From the NCBI GenBank assembly GCA_965216875.1, contig OZ244207.1:2080001-2144000 (forward strand): DNA of 64,000 nucleotides. The letters run 5' to 3'. The position numbers and the translations under genes were made by a program. Source of the DNA: Rubripirellula sp. Its GTDB lineage: Bacteria > Planctomycetota > Planctomycetia > Pirellulales > Pirellulaceae. Each line of letters starts with the position of its first letter. Within the stretch, counting starts at the first letter, position 1. Of this stretch, positions 32,295 to 44,100 are shown in pieces. Below the pieces are notes generated by a model that was given only the letters and a program-made list of their open reading frames with translations, did not search any database and was not told the DNA's origin.

Positions 32295-32393
32295 CACCCT
32301 CCCTCCGGGAGGGTTTCGAGAAACGAGGGGGTTCACAACTGCATCGGAACCTCCCCGGGCTTTAGCGCCCGACCCTCCTTAGAAAGGAGGGTG
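32295..32393. repeat. REP-like inverted pair, CACCCTCCC family
   Basis: CACCCTCCCTCCGGGAGGGT ... CCCCGGGCTTTAGCGCCCGACCCTCCTTAGAAAGGAGGGTG; related to 47544-47585 and 52178-52197. Confidence 0.75.
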
Positions 32394-32409
32394 TTTTCTC
32401 CCGTCCCTC

Positions 32410-32518
32410 CCTCGTTCCCACGGTCTCCGTGGGAACGCACTCTTCGGACGCTCCGCGTCCCGTTCACTCGTCGGACACACACTCGATCGCGAGGCCTGAC
32501 GCGAGCGCGTTCAGCTCA
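32410..32518 (+). repeat. Composite repeat, copy 1
   Basis: 51-bp block (32410-32460) and 36-bp block (32483-32518), both repeated at 33668-33789. Confidence 0.85.
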
Positions 32519-32653
32519 CAGGGCGGACACGATGATCCGGGTGAGACCTTCGCCAGGGGCTAACGTTGGTTTTGTCATTCCTTTACGATCATGCCTTCGG
32601 ATCGACACGATTGATCCACGTCACGCAACGCAGACCAGTGTGAGCATGCATCG

Positions 32654-33646
32654 ATGAAGGCAGCATTTATTGAGCGAACCGGCGGGCCAGAGGTCATTCA
32701 ATTTGGCGAGCTGCCTGATCCGCAGTTGGCGGACGGTCAAGTTCGGATTCGAGTGCACGCCGTCTCGGTGAACCCGATCGACACCTATGTGCGCGGCGGT
32801 GCTGTCTCATTTGAAACCCCCAAACCGTTCATACCTGGCTGTGATGCGGCCGGCGTAATTGAAGACGTCGCCGACGGGGTGACGCGATGGAAGCCGGGTG
32901 ATCGCGTTTGGTGCACCAACCAGGGATTGCTTGGGCGTCAGGGCACGTTTGCCGAACAAATCTGCATCGATTCGGATTGGTGTTTTCCCTTGCCTGACGA
33001 GGTCGCCTTCGAAGACGCTGCTTCCATCGCACTCGTTGGCGTCACCGCTCACCTTGGCCTTTTCCGCGAAGCCGATTTGCAACCTGGCGAGTCGATCTTG
33101 GTCATCGGTGGCACAGGGGGTGTTGGATCCATGGTTGTGCAGATGGCGCGGGCCAAAGGGGCTCGCGTGATCGCAACGGCGGGCAGCGACGAAAAGTGTC
33201 AGCGGGCGATCGAGCTAGGGGCCGATGAGGCGATCAACTACAAGAATGAGTCGATTGCCGAAGCCGTCGTCGAAAAGGCTCCCAAGGGTGTGAACGTCTT
33301 TTGGGAAACGCGCCGCGAACCTGATTTCGAAACGGCCGTCGAAGTCTTGTCCGAACGCGGGCGAATGGTTTTGATGGCCGGCCGCGATGCGCGACCGGAG
33401 TTTCCAGTTGGCCCCTTTTATGTCAAAGAATGCTCCCTGCATGGCTTTGTCATGTTCAAGGCGAGTCCTGTAGAGATGCGGACAGCTGCCGAGGACATCA
33501 ATCGATGGTTGGCCAGCGGAAAGCTGAAGGCGAACACGGCGACAACGCTGCCATTGGACCAAGCCGCCGAAGCGCATCGCTTGCAAGAAGCGGCGACGTT
33601 GCAATGCGAAGGCTCGCTCGCTGGCAAGATCGTATTGACCGTCTAG
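32654..33646 (+). CDS. NADPH:quinone reductase (zeta-crystallin/MDR family)
   Basis: SVNPIDTYVRGG, PGCDAAG, GGTGGVG, GKIVL. Confidence 0.92.
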   Translation: MKAAFIERTGGPEVIQFGELPDPQLADGQVRIRVHAVSVNPIDTYVRGGAVSFETPKPFIPGCDAAGVIEDVADGVTRWKPGDRVWCTNQGLLGRQGTFAEQICIDSDWCFPLPDEVAFEDAASIALVGVTAHLGLFREADLQPGESILVIGGTGGVGSMVVQMARAKGARVIATAGSDEKCQRAIELGADEAINYKNESIAEAVVEKAPKGVNVFWETRREPDFETAVEVLSERGRMVLMAGRDARPEFPVGPFYVKECSLHGFVMFKASPVEMRTAAEDINRWLASGKLKANTATTLPLDQAAEAHRLQEAATLQCEGSLAGKIVLTV

Positions 33647-33667
33647 TGATCCCGTTTGGCTCACCTT

Positions 33668-33789
33668 CCTCGTTCCCACGGTCCCCGTGGGAACGCACTC
33701 TTCGGACGCTCCGCGTCCTGAGCACTACGGGGATCATTTGGCGGTTTGTACATTCGATCGTGAGGCCCGACGCTAGCGCGTTCGGCTCA
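33668..33789 (+). repeat. Composite repeat, copy 2
   Basis: 33668-33718 matches 32410-32460 at 50/51; 33754-33789 matches 32483-32518 at about 32/36. Confidence 0.85.
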
Positions 33790-33792
33790 GTT

Positions 33793-35205
33793 TTATTTCG
33801 ACTCTCGGCGACGGTTCTTGTCGCCGCCGCCCCAGGGCGATCTCGGGCGTGTGATCTCGTCGAGCATGCGACCAGGCGGCGAAAGATCAAGAGTTTCGCG
33901 ATCGTCGTCTGGCAATTCGGTGTAACGCTCCAGCAGCGTCGAATCGTCTTTCCAAACGGGCATTTTTCGACGGACCGATTCCTCGGCCCAGTTGCGAAGC
34001 ACCAAGTCCTCGACGATCTCGTCGCCTCCAGCAACGACGTCAAGCATGTCGACGGCACTGTTGGGCAAGACCAGGCGGATCATTTCCATTTCGTCGGCAT
34101 CGAGACCGCGTGAATGCTCGATGAAACTTGGTGGTCGCGGTCCACGCCCACGCCCGCCTCGTCGCATCGCGTCGCCCAACAGAATCATTCCAACCTTGAT
34201 TGGTTCGCTGTCGCGACCACCCGAAATCTGCTCGGCGAACTTGACCATCTTTTGCATCGATTCATCACCGTCGCTGAGACGTTGACGCAAGATCCGCCGC
34301 AGCACGTAGTAGATTCGTTCAACGGTTTCCTCATCGATTTGGCTACGCGATCGCTTTGCGGTTTCGTTTTGAACCAACTCGATCCCTTTGTCGATCGCTT
34401 CACGGCGAGTAGGGCCGTCATCCGATTCGATCTCGTCGCGGAGCTGCGGCGGGAGCTGTTCCCGCCAGACCGCGTAGGCCTTCATGGTTTCGAGCAGCAT
34501 ATCGGCGTCGGCTTGCAACTGAACAGCGCTCGCTGTCTTTCGCAATTCCGCGATCTGTTCGGGCTTGAGTCGTGAAAAACGTTCCCAGCGAGAATAGAGG
34601 ACGCTGCGATTGGCGTGTTCGAGTGACTCCAGCGAAGCTTGCCGCTCTTGAACGGGAGTGTTTGCGATTCTTGACGGTTGAACCGCACCAAAGACACCCA
34701 CTTCACTGGCTGCTTCGACCATGTTTGCCCATGCCGTATCCGACGCGAGCGAACGCATGAGTTTGAGGTCTTTCCCGTAAAGATAGGCGTCCAAGTTTTC
34801 TGCGACGACAAGATCTTCGAGCTGTTGTCGATATTGGCGATCCCGCTGATTCTTGACGTAGAACGCGGCCCCGGCGGCAAAGAATAGGCACGCGATCACG
34901 GTCAGCAAGGGCATGCGATAACGGCCCTTGGAGTCCTGTTTGGCGGGAGCCTGTTTGATCACGTCCGCGACGACGAGCTCGAGTGTCGATTCAACGAGCT
35001 TCTCATTTGGCGTCGCGTCAGGCAGTTTATCGAGCCAATCCCAACCTTCCTGCAGACGCTGCAATCGCTCGTTGAGCTCTTCGTCGTCGAGCAGGCGATT
35101 CATCAACTCGCTCTCTTCGCGAGCACTCAGTTCGCCATCGAGGTAAGCGACAAGCAGCTCATCATCTGGATCGATAGGCGTTTGATCGGAAAGTGTCACG
35201 CTCAT
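33793..35205 (-). CDS. Membrane-spanning anti-sigma factor (putative)
   Basis: DELLVAYLDGELS N-terminus; one TM helix; 4-bp overlap with the sigma gene stop. Confidence 0.75.
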   Translation of the reverse strand: MSVTLSDQTPIDPDDELLVAYLDGELSAREESELMNRLLDDEELNERLQRLQEGWDWLDKLPDATPNEKLVESTLELVVADVIKQAPAKQDSKGRYRMPLLTVIACLFFAAGAAFYVKNQRDRQYRQQLEDLVVAENLDAYLYGKDLKLMRSLASDTAWANMVEAASEVGVFGAVQPSRIANTPVQERQASLESLEHANRSVLYSRWERFSRLKPEQIAELRKTASAVQLQADADMLLETMKAYAVWREQLPPQLRDEIESDDGPTRREAIDKGIELVQNETAKRSRSQIDEETVERIYYVLRRILRQRLSDGDESMQKMVKFAEQISGGRDSEPIKVGMILLGDAMRRGGRGRGPRPPSFIEHSRGLDADEMEMIRLVLPNSAVDMLDVVAGGDEIVEDLVLRNWAEESVRRKMPVWKDDSTLLERYTELPDDDRETLDLSPPGRMLDEITRPRSPWGGGDKNRRRESK

Positions 35206-35858
35206 GGTTCGACCTCCCGAGGAATCAGGCCCGAATCGATGTACGGCTGCAGGATCTCGCGGAGGTTGACGCGTGCCCGACTTAAGAGCGATTTGACCGC
35301 CTTGGTCGTCAAATCCATTGTTTCAGCGATCTCGGCGTAACTCATGTTCTCGAAGCGAGACAGCATCAACGCCATTCGCTGCCTTTCACTTAATGCCGAG
35401 ACGGCGGCGCGAACAATTTCTGCACGCTCGACCCCTTCCGCAAGTCGCGTTGGCATCAAGCCGCTCGCTTCCAATGCGGTTGCAGCCAGCAGTTGCGGTT
35501 CGCTTGGCGAATCACCATGTCGCGGCGCGTCGACTTCATTCACCTCGTGTCGTCGCCCAAGCGAACGAGCGGCGTTGCGTGCGACGTTGCCGGCAATGGT
35601 GAACAGCCAGGTCGAGAATTTGGCTCCTGGTTCGTACCGCTGACGAGCTCGATAGACTCGCATAAAGGTCTCTTGCACCAAGTCCTCGGCCATATCCTGT
35701 CGAGGTCCAATCGTCGACATCAGTCGAACAAGTCTCGGCTGATAGCGGCGAACCAATTCCTCGTACGCCCCCATGTCATCCTCTCGCACGCGCAGCATCA
35801 AACGAACGTCCGGGTCGGACTGTTGGTAACGCATTGCGGTTGATTCACTGACGGCCAA
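35202..35858 (-). CDS. ECF RNA polymerase sigma factor
   Basis: AEDLVQETFMRVY, FSTWLFTIA, MSYAEIAETM, VKSLLSRAR. Start 35858 (TTG) or 35834 (ATG). Confidence 0.93.
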   Translation of the reverse strand: MAVSESTAMRYQQSDPDVRLMLRVREDDMGAYEELVRRYQPRLVRLMSTIGPRQDMAEDLVQETFMRVYRARQRYEPGAKFSTWLFTIAGNVARNAARSLGRRHEVNEVDAPRHGDSPSEPQLLAATALEASGLMPTRLAEGVERAEIVRAAVSALSERQRMALMLSRFENMSYAEIAETMDLTTKAVKSLLSRARVNLREILQPYIDSGLIPREVEP

Positions 35859-35989
35859 GCAAGTCTCTCGTGGGGGGACAATGGTGCGACAGAATACGAA
35901 CCACAACCAGTTTACTCTTTTGAAACCTTTGCCAAGACCAAAGGTTTCGCACAGGACGCCCGTGAAGGAGGCGACGAGAACGAAAATGC

Positions 35990-38116
35990 CTATCTTGCGG
36001 CTCTTTCAGGCATCAGCACACCGTAAATCTCGATCGTTTTCCCCTCAGCGTCGAAAATCGGTTGTCCGCGAACCAGCAACGACTTGTAATTGCCTCTGGC
36101 CCCTTTTTGCCGAACGCGGACCTCGTAGGCTGCACCTGAGCTGAGAGCGTTGTCGATGGTGGTCTTCAGTTTGGGGCGGTCCTCGGGATGGATCAGCTCC
36201 ATGAATTCTTCGGGAGTGGGCGGTCCTTGCTCAGGATCGCGATCGGCAAGCAGAAACGCCTCTTCACTCCAACTCACACTCTCGGTCCGCACGTCGTACG
36301 ACCAGGTCGCCAATCCTGCCAGACTTTGCAAGTCACGCAAACGCTGACGGCTCTGATGGAGCTCTGTTTCAGCCTTTTTGCGCTGGGAGATGTCGCGGAT
36401 CGTCGACACGAGCATGTCCTCACCGCGAACATCCACCACTCGTCCACTGATCAAGACGTCGATCGCATGTCCGTCGGTGTGCAAGAACCTCGCTTCGAAG
36501 TTGTCAATTGCTCCGGTTTCTTGAAGCTCTTGGATCATCAGGTTGCGGCGTTCCGGACATGCCCACAGATTCAGCTCCGAGATTTTTCGCCCGGCAACCT
36601 CTTTGGCATCGTAACCAAAAAGCTGTTCGTACATTCGGTTGGCTTCGACAACGATCCCCGTCGTCATTTGGATCAGAAGGCCCGCCTCTGGCGATTGCGT
36701 AAACAGAGCGGAGTACTTCGACGCCTGGCGATGACCCGAATCGCGTTTGTCTCGTTTGACACGCACATCTGCGGCAGCGTCGCTCTCGCCCAAGCCGGCT
36801 GCTTCGTAAATCGAAAGAGCCAAATCCAAGTCGCCACGGCTGGCTGCGGATTCAGCGAACTTCTCTTGCAGCTTTGTGCGAGCGAGGAGCGCGCGTTCGT
36901 TTTCTGGCCAAACCTCAATCGCTTCACTGAGAAGTGCGTCGGCGATGCGAAAGTCTTCGTAGTGATTGTCGGCCGTGGCGGCGGTCATCCGTTTGCACGC
37001 TCGGCGCACCAAGCGTCCACTTTGGTCATGTTGTCGTTGATGTTCGAGCGCATCGATCATCGCCTCGACACTTTCGTATCGATCCTCGGGATGGGTCGCC
37101 ATTGCCTTGACGGCGATGTCCATCAACTCACCCTCAACATCCGTTTCGCGTATCTCGTTGCGCGCGGCAGCGCGAATGCAGGCGAGCAAACTTGTGCCGC
37201 TGTGTGGCGGGTGTCCGGTCAGAACTTGAAACAGGATTGCGCCCAGTAAATAGACGTCCGTCTGGTAGGTGATGTGACCGCTGGTTGCGAGTTCCGGTGC
37301 CATGTACGCCGGCGTGCCGCCAATCGAGTGATGGACCTCTTCGCTCGATTCCGCTTCGCTGTGACTGATCGCAAGTCCCCAGTCCGCGAGCAAAACTTCG
37401 CCGAATTTGCCGAGCATGATGTTCTCGGGCTTGATGTCGCGATGAATCAACCCGCGTGAATGGGCATAACGAATCGCATCGGCCACGCGCAACAGTGTGT
37501 TGACGTTCTCGGATTCACTCATCTCCGCGATTCGTTGGTCCCAGCTCGTTCCATCGATTCGTTTCATCGAATAGAACAAACCGCCTGCTTCGTCGACACA
37601 AACTTCGTGAAGTGCGATGACGTTGGGATGATCGAGACCACCGATTACCCGTGCCTCGGTCAGGAAGCGATCGCGGGAGATTTGGTTTTGGGCGAGTTCG
37701 TTCCTTAACACCTTCAACGCCACTTCGCGATCGATCGCGCGTTGGTGAGCTTGGTAAACCACGCCGGTACCGCCACTTCCGAGTCGTCCGATCAGGCGAT
37801 AGTCGACTTCGTCCTGGCGCCCCTCTCCCAACATCGACACCGAACGTTTGGGAACGAATCCGGCGTCATTGTGGTTGGGAATGAACTCGTGCAGCAATTC
37901 CGGCGGAATCTCGATCGTTTCCGCGTCGTCCGGCTGGTTCGATTCGCTTTTCCAATCAGGGTGCGCAAATCGGTCCGTGCCATCGGCTGAGAGCGCGATG
38001 GTTTTTTCGTCGGGCGGCATCTCGCCGAGTCGACGTCTGAGTTGAGGGTCGTTCAAGACCGCCTGCAACAATCCCCCGGCTGGCTCGACACCGTCATCTG
38101 TTTCGTCGTGCGTCAT
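35990..38116 (-). CDS. Hanks-type Ser/Thr kinase with two C-terminal PAS domains
   Basis: GSGGTG, VALK, HRDIKPEN, DWG, GTPAYMAPE; PAS-like ANRMYEQLFGY..EV.G and IHPEDR; no TM segment evident. Confidence 0.9.
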   Translation of the reverse strand: MTHDETDDGVEPAGGLLQAVLNDPQLRRRLGEMPPDEKTIALSADGTDRFAHPDWKSESNQPDDAETIEIPPELLHEFIPNHNDAGFVPKRSVSMLGEGRQDEVDYRLIGRLGSGGTGVVYQAHQRAIDREVALKVLRNELAQNQISRDRFLTEARVIGGLDHPNVIALHEVCVDEAGGLFYSMKRIDGTSWDQRIAEMSESENVNTLLRVADAIRYAHSRGLIHRDIKPENIMLGKFGEVLLADWGLAISHSEAESSEEVHHSIGGTPAYMAPELATSGHITYQTDVYLLGAILFQVLTGHPPHSGTSLLACIRAAARNEIRETDVEGELMDIAVKAMATHPEDRYESVEAMIDALEHQRQHDQSGRLVRRACKRMTAATADNHYEDFRIADALLSEAIEVWPENERALLARTKLQEKFAESAASRGDLDLALSIYEAAGLGESDAAADVRVKRDKRDSGHRQASKYSALFTQSPEAGLLIQMTTGIVVEANRMYEQLFGYDAKEVAGRKISELNLWACPERRNLMIQELQETGAIDNFEARFLHTDGHAIDVLISGRVVDVRGEDMLVSTIRDISQRKKAETELHQSRQRLRDLQSLAGLATWSYDVRTESVSWSEEAFLLADRDPEQGPPTPEEFMELIHPEDRPKLKTTIDNALSSGAAYEVRVRQKGARGNYKSLLVRGQPIFDAEGKTIEIYGVLMPERAAR

Positions 38117-38149
38117 CTGTTTGCGACAATGCGATTGTCGATCTTTGCG

Positions 38150-41100
38150 TTACGGCTTGACCGCTTTTTCGTAGTGGTTCTTCAAGAAGGAACGGAGTTT
38201 TCTAGATCGGACGTGTTTGGCTTCCGTCAGGTTCAGCGTCACTCGTGCTCTGCGACTGTCAGTCAAGTCGACGGTGCTACCGAGATCAAGGGAGTTAAGT
38301 GATTCGAGGTCGACCGCTTCCGGCGGACCTGCCAAAGTGACCTTCAACGATTCAGGGACCTTGGTCTGCACCTCAGCCCACGGTCCATCAACATTTTCCG
38401 GGCAAACATCGACTTGATCTGGCGACTCGAACGCGAGCGAACCATCGCCGGCAAACTTTTCCAAGACATTCAACACCTGATCGGCGATTTCGAGCGGCCA
38501 ATCAGGCTGAGTGTTATCTGGAAAACCTTTACCTAGAGAATGCCAACGCCGGCCCAAAGCCCGCCAGGGGCCATTGGGAGATTTCGTCTTGCCTGCGCTT
38601 TTCTTGGCCGTGTGCGGGGCATCCAAGATAAGTTGGACATCGGATGCGGACGTTTCGGCTTGCGAGTGAGGCTTGTTTGAAGTCTTCGCCGAGCGTTGGC
38701 TGGACTTCTTCTTTGATCCTGGCTCTATGTCAGATGTTTTTCGAGCCGCTTTCTTCGGCTTGGCTTTGGCGGAAGCGTCCAGAGCTTCCGCGACGAAGGC
38801 TGCGGTCGAGGACACGGGGGGAGCGTTCTTCTTTCGCCTACCGCCCTTTGCCGTTGCCGCAAGGTCTTCGGGCGATCCAGTAAAGACAACCGTTCCGCCC
38901 TCGGCGCCCGCGCCTGGTCCCATGTCGATGATCCAGTCGGCACACTTGATGACGTCCAAGTTGTGTTCGATGGTAATGACCGTGTTCCCGCGATCGACAA
39001 GCTGTTGAATAACGGTCAGCAGTTTGGCGATGTCATCGAAATGCAATCCCGTTGTTGGCTCATCAAGCAAGTAAAGCGTTCGCCCGGTCTGCGGCCGTGC
39101 AAGTTCCGACGCAAGCTTAACCCGTTGCGCCTCGCCGCCCGAAAGCGTCGGCGCGGCTTGTCCGAGAGTGATGTAGTCGAGACCGACATCACAAAGAGTT
39201 TGCAAAACACGGGCGATTCGTTCGTGATCGCCAAAATGAACGAGCGCTTCACCGCACGACATTTCCAGAACATCGGCAATACTGCGGCCGTGGTACTTCA
39301 CCTCAAGAACGTCGTCGTTGTAGCGGCGGCCATGACAATCGTCGCAGTCGACCCAGACATCAGGAAGGAAGTGCATCTCGACACAAAGCTGGCCACTGCC
39401 TTCACAGGTTTCACAGCGTCCGCCCGGAACATTGAAACTGAACGTTCGGGCCGAGTAGCGTCGTTCTTTCGATTCAGGAAGCTCTGCAAAGAGTGTCCGG
39501 ACGGGATCGAAAATTCCAGTGTAGGTCGCGGGATTGCTGCTAGGTGAATTGCCGAGTGGTGATTGGTCCACTCGAATGACCTTGTCCAGGTACTTTGAAC
39601 CGAGCAGTTGTTCGTGTTGTCCCGGACGGGTGCGAGCACGATGGAAGCGACGTGCAAGCACCGGATACAGAATGTCGTCGATGAGCGTGCTTTTGCCGCT
39701 TCCTGAAGGTCCTGTGACCGCGGTAAAAACACCAAGCGGAATGTCGACATCGACCGCTCGCAAGTTGTGTTCGCGTGCGCCCTTGATGCTAAGAAAATCA
39801 ACCAGTGAATTGCCACTTGGGGCCATGACGGGACGTCGCGCATTGGGCACTGCAATGGTTTGTTCGCCATTGATGTAGCCGCCCGTGACCGATGTCGCCT
39901 TGGGCTCGATCTTCTTGGGCGGTCCTTGGGCAACGATCCGACCGCCGTTGCGGCCTGCCAAAGGACCAAAATCGTAAAGGTAGTCGCTGCCAGCAATCAC
40001 ATCGCGATCATGCTCGACGACGAGCAGGGTGTTGCCTTGATCACGGAGTCGATGCAACGCCCCGATCAGTCGTTGGTTGTCGCGAGGATGCAGTCCGATC
40101 GTCGGTTCATCAAGAACGTACAGCACGCCGCACAGGCCGCTACCGAGTTGTGCAGCCAACCGAATGCGTTGTGCCTCGCCTCCCGACAACGTCGCGGCGC
40201 CCCGATGCAAGGTGAGGTAATCCAAACCGACGTCGAGAAGGAAGCTGACCCGAGATTTGATTTCGCGTACCAACTCGCCCGCAATCTTGCGTTCCCGCGC
40301 GTCAAGCTTCCAGGCTTTGACCGTTTCGAACAGTCGTACCAACGGCATGTGGACGAGATCACCGATCGTGCGTTCGCGAAACTTAACGGCCGACGAATCA
40401 TCTCGCAAACGCGATCCATCACAACTCGAGCAATCGATTTCGTCCGTGAACATGTCGAGTTTTCCGCGCAAACTGGGCGACAGACGCGCGGCGGCCTCAA
40501 GTGCTGGATAGAACCCCTTGAATTGATAACGAAAGACAACCTTCTTCGATTTCGAGCGGCTACTCGAATCGGCTTCACGGACTTCGATCCATTGATTGCC
40601 CAGCCCACGGAACAAGATGCGACGCTGCGAGATCGGCAACTCGGCCAGAGGGATGTCGATCGGAATGCCTGTATGCCGCGACAACGCTCGTAGCATCCAC
40701 ATCGAGATGTCGACGTTCACATCGGGCCAAAGCAGCGTCGCCCCTTCGGCCAACGTCAATTCGCTGGAGTGAATCAGTGCCGCGGGGTTTGTTCCCGTTT
40801 GCACGCCAAGCCCTTCGCACTGCGGGCACCATCCGACGGCAGAGTTAAAGGTGAAATGGTGTGGAGTAAGGTCAACGAAGGAACGTCCGCAGTCGCCGCA
40901 CACGAGGTGCTGGCTGTGCGTGATCACTTTCCAGTTGGGCTCGTCCAAGTCGGGGTTCGCAATGGCGACCTGCAGCACACCGACCCCAAGTGACAAGGCT
41001 TGTTCCACGCTATCGCCGATTCGCGAACGCTCGGATTCCTTGACTTCGATTCGGTCCACAACCACCTGGACTTCTTGCCGGCGCCGCGGATCGAGCGACG

Positions 41101-44100
41101 GGGCAGCATCAAGCGCGACCGTGGCTCCGTCGATGCGGACGCGTTGGTAGCCGGTGCTTCGCAACGATTGCCACGTGTCCTTCGAGGCTTCGCCGGCGGC
41201 CACTTCAATTGGCGCGAGCAACAACGCTCGCGTGCCCGATTTCATGGCCATGACTTTGTCGACAATATCGTCTGGCGTTTGAGTGCCGACGCTTGTGTGA
41301 CACTCCGGACAATGCATCGTGCCGAGACGCGCCAGCAGAATCCGCAGGTAGTCGTAGATTTCGGTGACCGTTCCCACGGTACTTCGCGGTGAATGACCGA
41401 GGTTCTTTTGCTCGAGCGCGACTGCAGGCGACAGACCATCGATCCGCTCAACTTGCGGCTTCTGAACTTGGCCGATGAATTGTCGGGCGTAGGAAGAAAG
41501 CGATTCGACGTACCGCCGTTGCCCTTCGGCGTAGATGGTATCCATCGCCAACGAACTCTTTCCGCTCCCTGATGGACCGCAAAAAACGGTCATCTGGTCA
41601 CGCGGAATCGATGCGTCGACCGACTTGAGGTTGTGCTCGCGTGCGGCCTCGACGACCACATGCGTGCGTGCTTTAGGGGGCGATTCGAATGTCTTTGTGG
41701 TAGGTGACTTTGCTTTGCGCGCAGCACGGCGTTTGATCCCAAGAGCCTTGGCGATCGCCGCACCTGTAGAACTCTTTGTGCATTTAGCGACCTCGCGCGG
41801 ACGGCCTGCGATCACGATCTCGCCGCCGCCAACACCGCCCTCGGGACCAAGGTCGATGACCCAGTCGGCGGTTTTGATCACATCGACGTTGTGCTCGACG
41901 ATGACGATCGTGTTGCCACGATCAGCCAAGCCATGAATGACTTTGAGAAGCAATTCGATGTCGGCGAAGTGCAAACCGGTGGTCGGTTCGTCAAGAACGT
42001 AAAGCGTCTTGCCTGTTTCGCGTTTCGAAAGCTCACGGGAAAGCTTGATCCGTTGCGCTTCACCACCAGAGAGCGTCGGTGACGGCTGTCCGAGCTTGAG
42101 GTATTCGAGGCCGACGTCGACCAAGGTCTGTAATTTATCGGCAATCTTCGGAATGTTCTCGAAAAGCTTGTGCGCCTGCGAAATGTCGAGGTCCAACACG
42201 TCGGCAATCGAGTGGCCCTTGAATTCAACGGCAAGCGTTTCTCGGTTGTAGCGTTTTCCCTGGCAAACGGGGCATGTCACCCAAATGTCAGCCAGGAAAT
42301 CCATTTCAAGTTTCGATGCGCCGTTGCCGTCGCAAGCGGAACAGCGGCCACCGTCGACATTAAAACTGAAGCGGCTCGCGGTGTACCCGCGCGTTTTGGC
42401 TTCGGGCATCTGTGCGAACAGATTGCGAATCTCGTCAAACACTTTGACATAGGTTGCCGGGTTGCTTCGCGGCGTGCGGCCGATCGGCGACTGGTCGATC
42501 GCGATCGTTTTGTCGAGGTGTTCGAGCCCTTCGATCAAGTCATGCTCGCCCGGTTCACATTCGGCGCCGTTGAGTTCGTTACGCAGCTTCGGTTCAACGA
42601 TTCCACCAATCAGCGAACTCTTGCCACTTCCCGAAACCCCCGTCACACAAGTGACTGTGCCCAACGGAATCGAGACATCGACGTTTTTTAGGTTGTGGAA
42701 GCGCGCGCCGCGGACGGTCAGCATCGTGTCGTCGTTGATCTCGCGCAATTTCTTGGGCGGATCAATGGATCGCTTCCCCGAAAGGAACTGCCCGGTGACA
42801 CTTTTCTTCGATTTGCAAACCGTCTCCAAGTCACCATTGGCCACGATCTGGCCTCCTTTGACTCCCGGACCGGGGCCAAAGTCGACGATCTTGTCGGCCG
42901 CGCGCATCGTGTCTTCATCGTGCTCGACGACGATCAACGTGTTGCCGGAATCTCGCAGTCGCACCAACGTTTCGATCAACCGATCGTTGTCGCGCGGATG
43001 AAGTCCGATCGATGGTTCATCGAGGATGTAGAGGACGCCCACCAAGCCGCTACCAATTTGCCCGGCAAGGCGAATTCGCTGGGATTCGCCTCCGGAAAGT
43101 GTCGGTGCTGTTCGCCCTAGGGTCAGGTAATTCAATCCGACACCGAGCAGGAAACCGATACGAGTTTGAATCTCCTTGAACGCTTCGCCCGCAATCATCG
43201 CGTCCGTTTCGCTGAGTTTGACAGCGCTGAAAAACTCGGCCAACTCGTCAACTGGCAAATTCGACAATTCGGGCAGCGACATCGATGGCTGCTTGAATCC
43301 CTTTGCAGCGGTTGTGATGGTCACCGCGGAAGCTTGCGGGTTCAGGCGGTCGCCATGACAGTCGGGGCAATCGATGGTTGCCATGTGCTTTTCGAGCTGA
43401 CGCAGTTGCATCTTGTTGCGCGTCGTTCGGTATTTGCCTAGCAGCTCGGGAATGAAGCCCTCGAAGGTTCCAGAGTATTTCTTCGCGCGGCGTCCACCAC
43501 GCCACGTAAACTCCATTGCATCTTCGGTACCCCACAACCAAATGTGTTTGCACTCTTCCGACAGATCACACCATTTGCCTTCGAGCATCGTGCCCGGTTC
43601 AAGCTCGAGTGCTTTGTCGATGGCATCGGCAACGCCGCGATAGATATGGCGTCGATAACGCCCCATGTCTCCCCATTTGCCAAGCAACGAGATCGCACCT
43701 TTGCGAACGGAAAGGCGTTCGTTCGGGATCAGCATTTCGGGCACGAAGGTAAACAAGCGTCCGAGTCCATCGCACGCCTCGCACATTCCCTGTGGGCTAT
43801 TGAAGCTGAACAGTTGTGGCGAAGGAGCGGCAAAACTACGCCCACAGGTTCCGCAAGCGTACTTTGACGAGAAGAGTAGGTCGTCACTCGACGAAGTCGT
43901 TCGTTTTGACTTGCCTTTTCCTTTTGACTTCGTCGTCGCCTCGGCCGGCTTTCCTGCCTGTTGGTCATTCGGTCCCGAGAGGGCAACCATCAGCGACGCA
44001 TCACCAAGTTTCAGTGCAACGTCGACCGCTTCCGAGATGGAACTGCGCTCTCGATCGTCGGGGTGAACTCTTGCAACAACGACTTCGATGTTGTGTCGAT

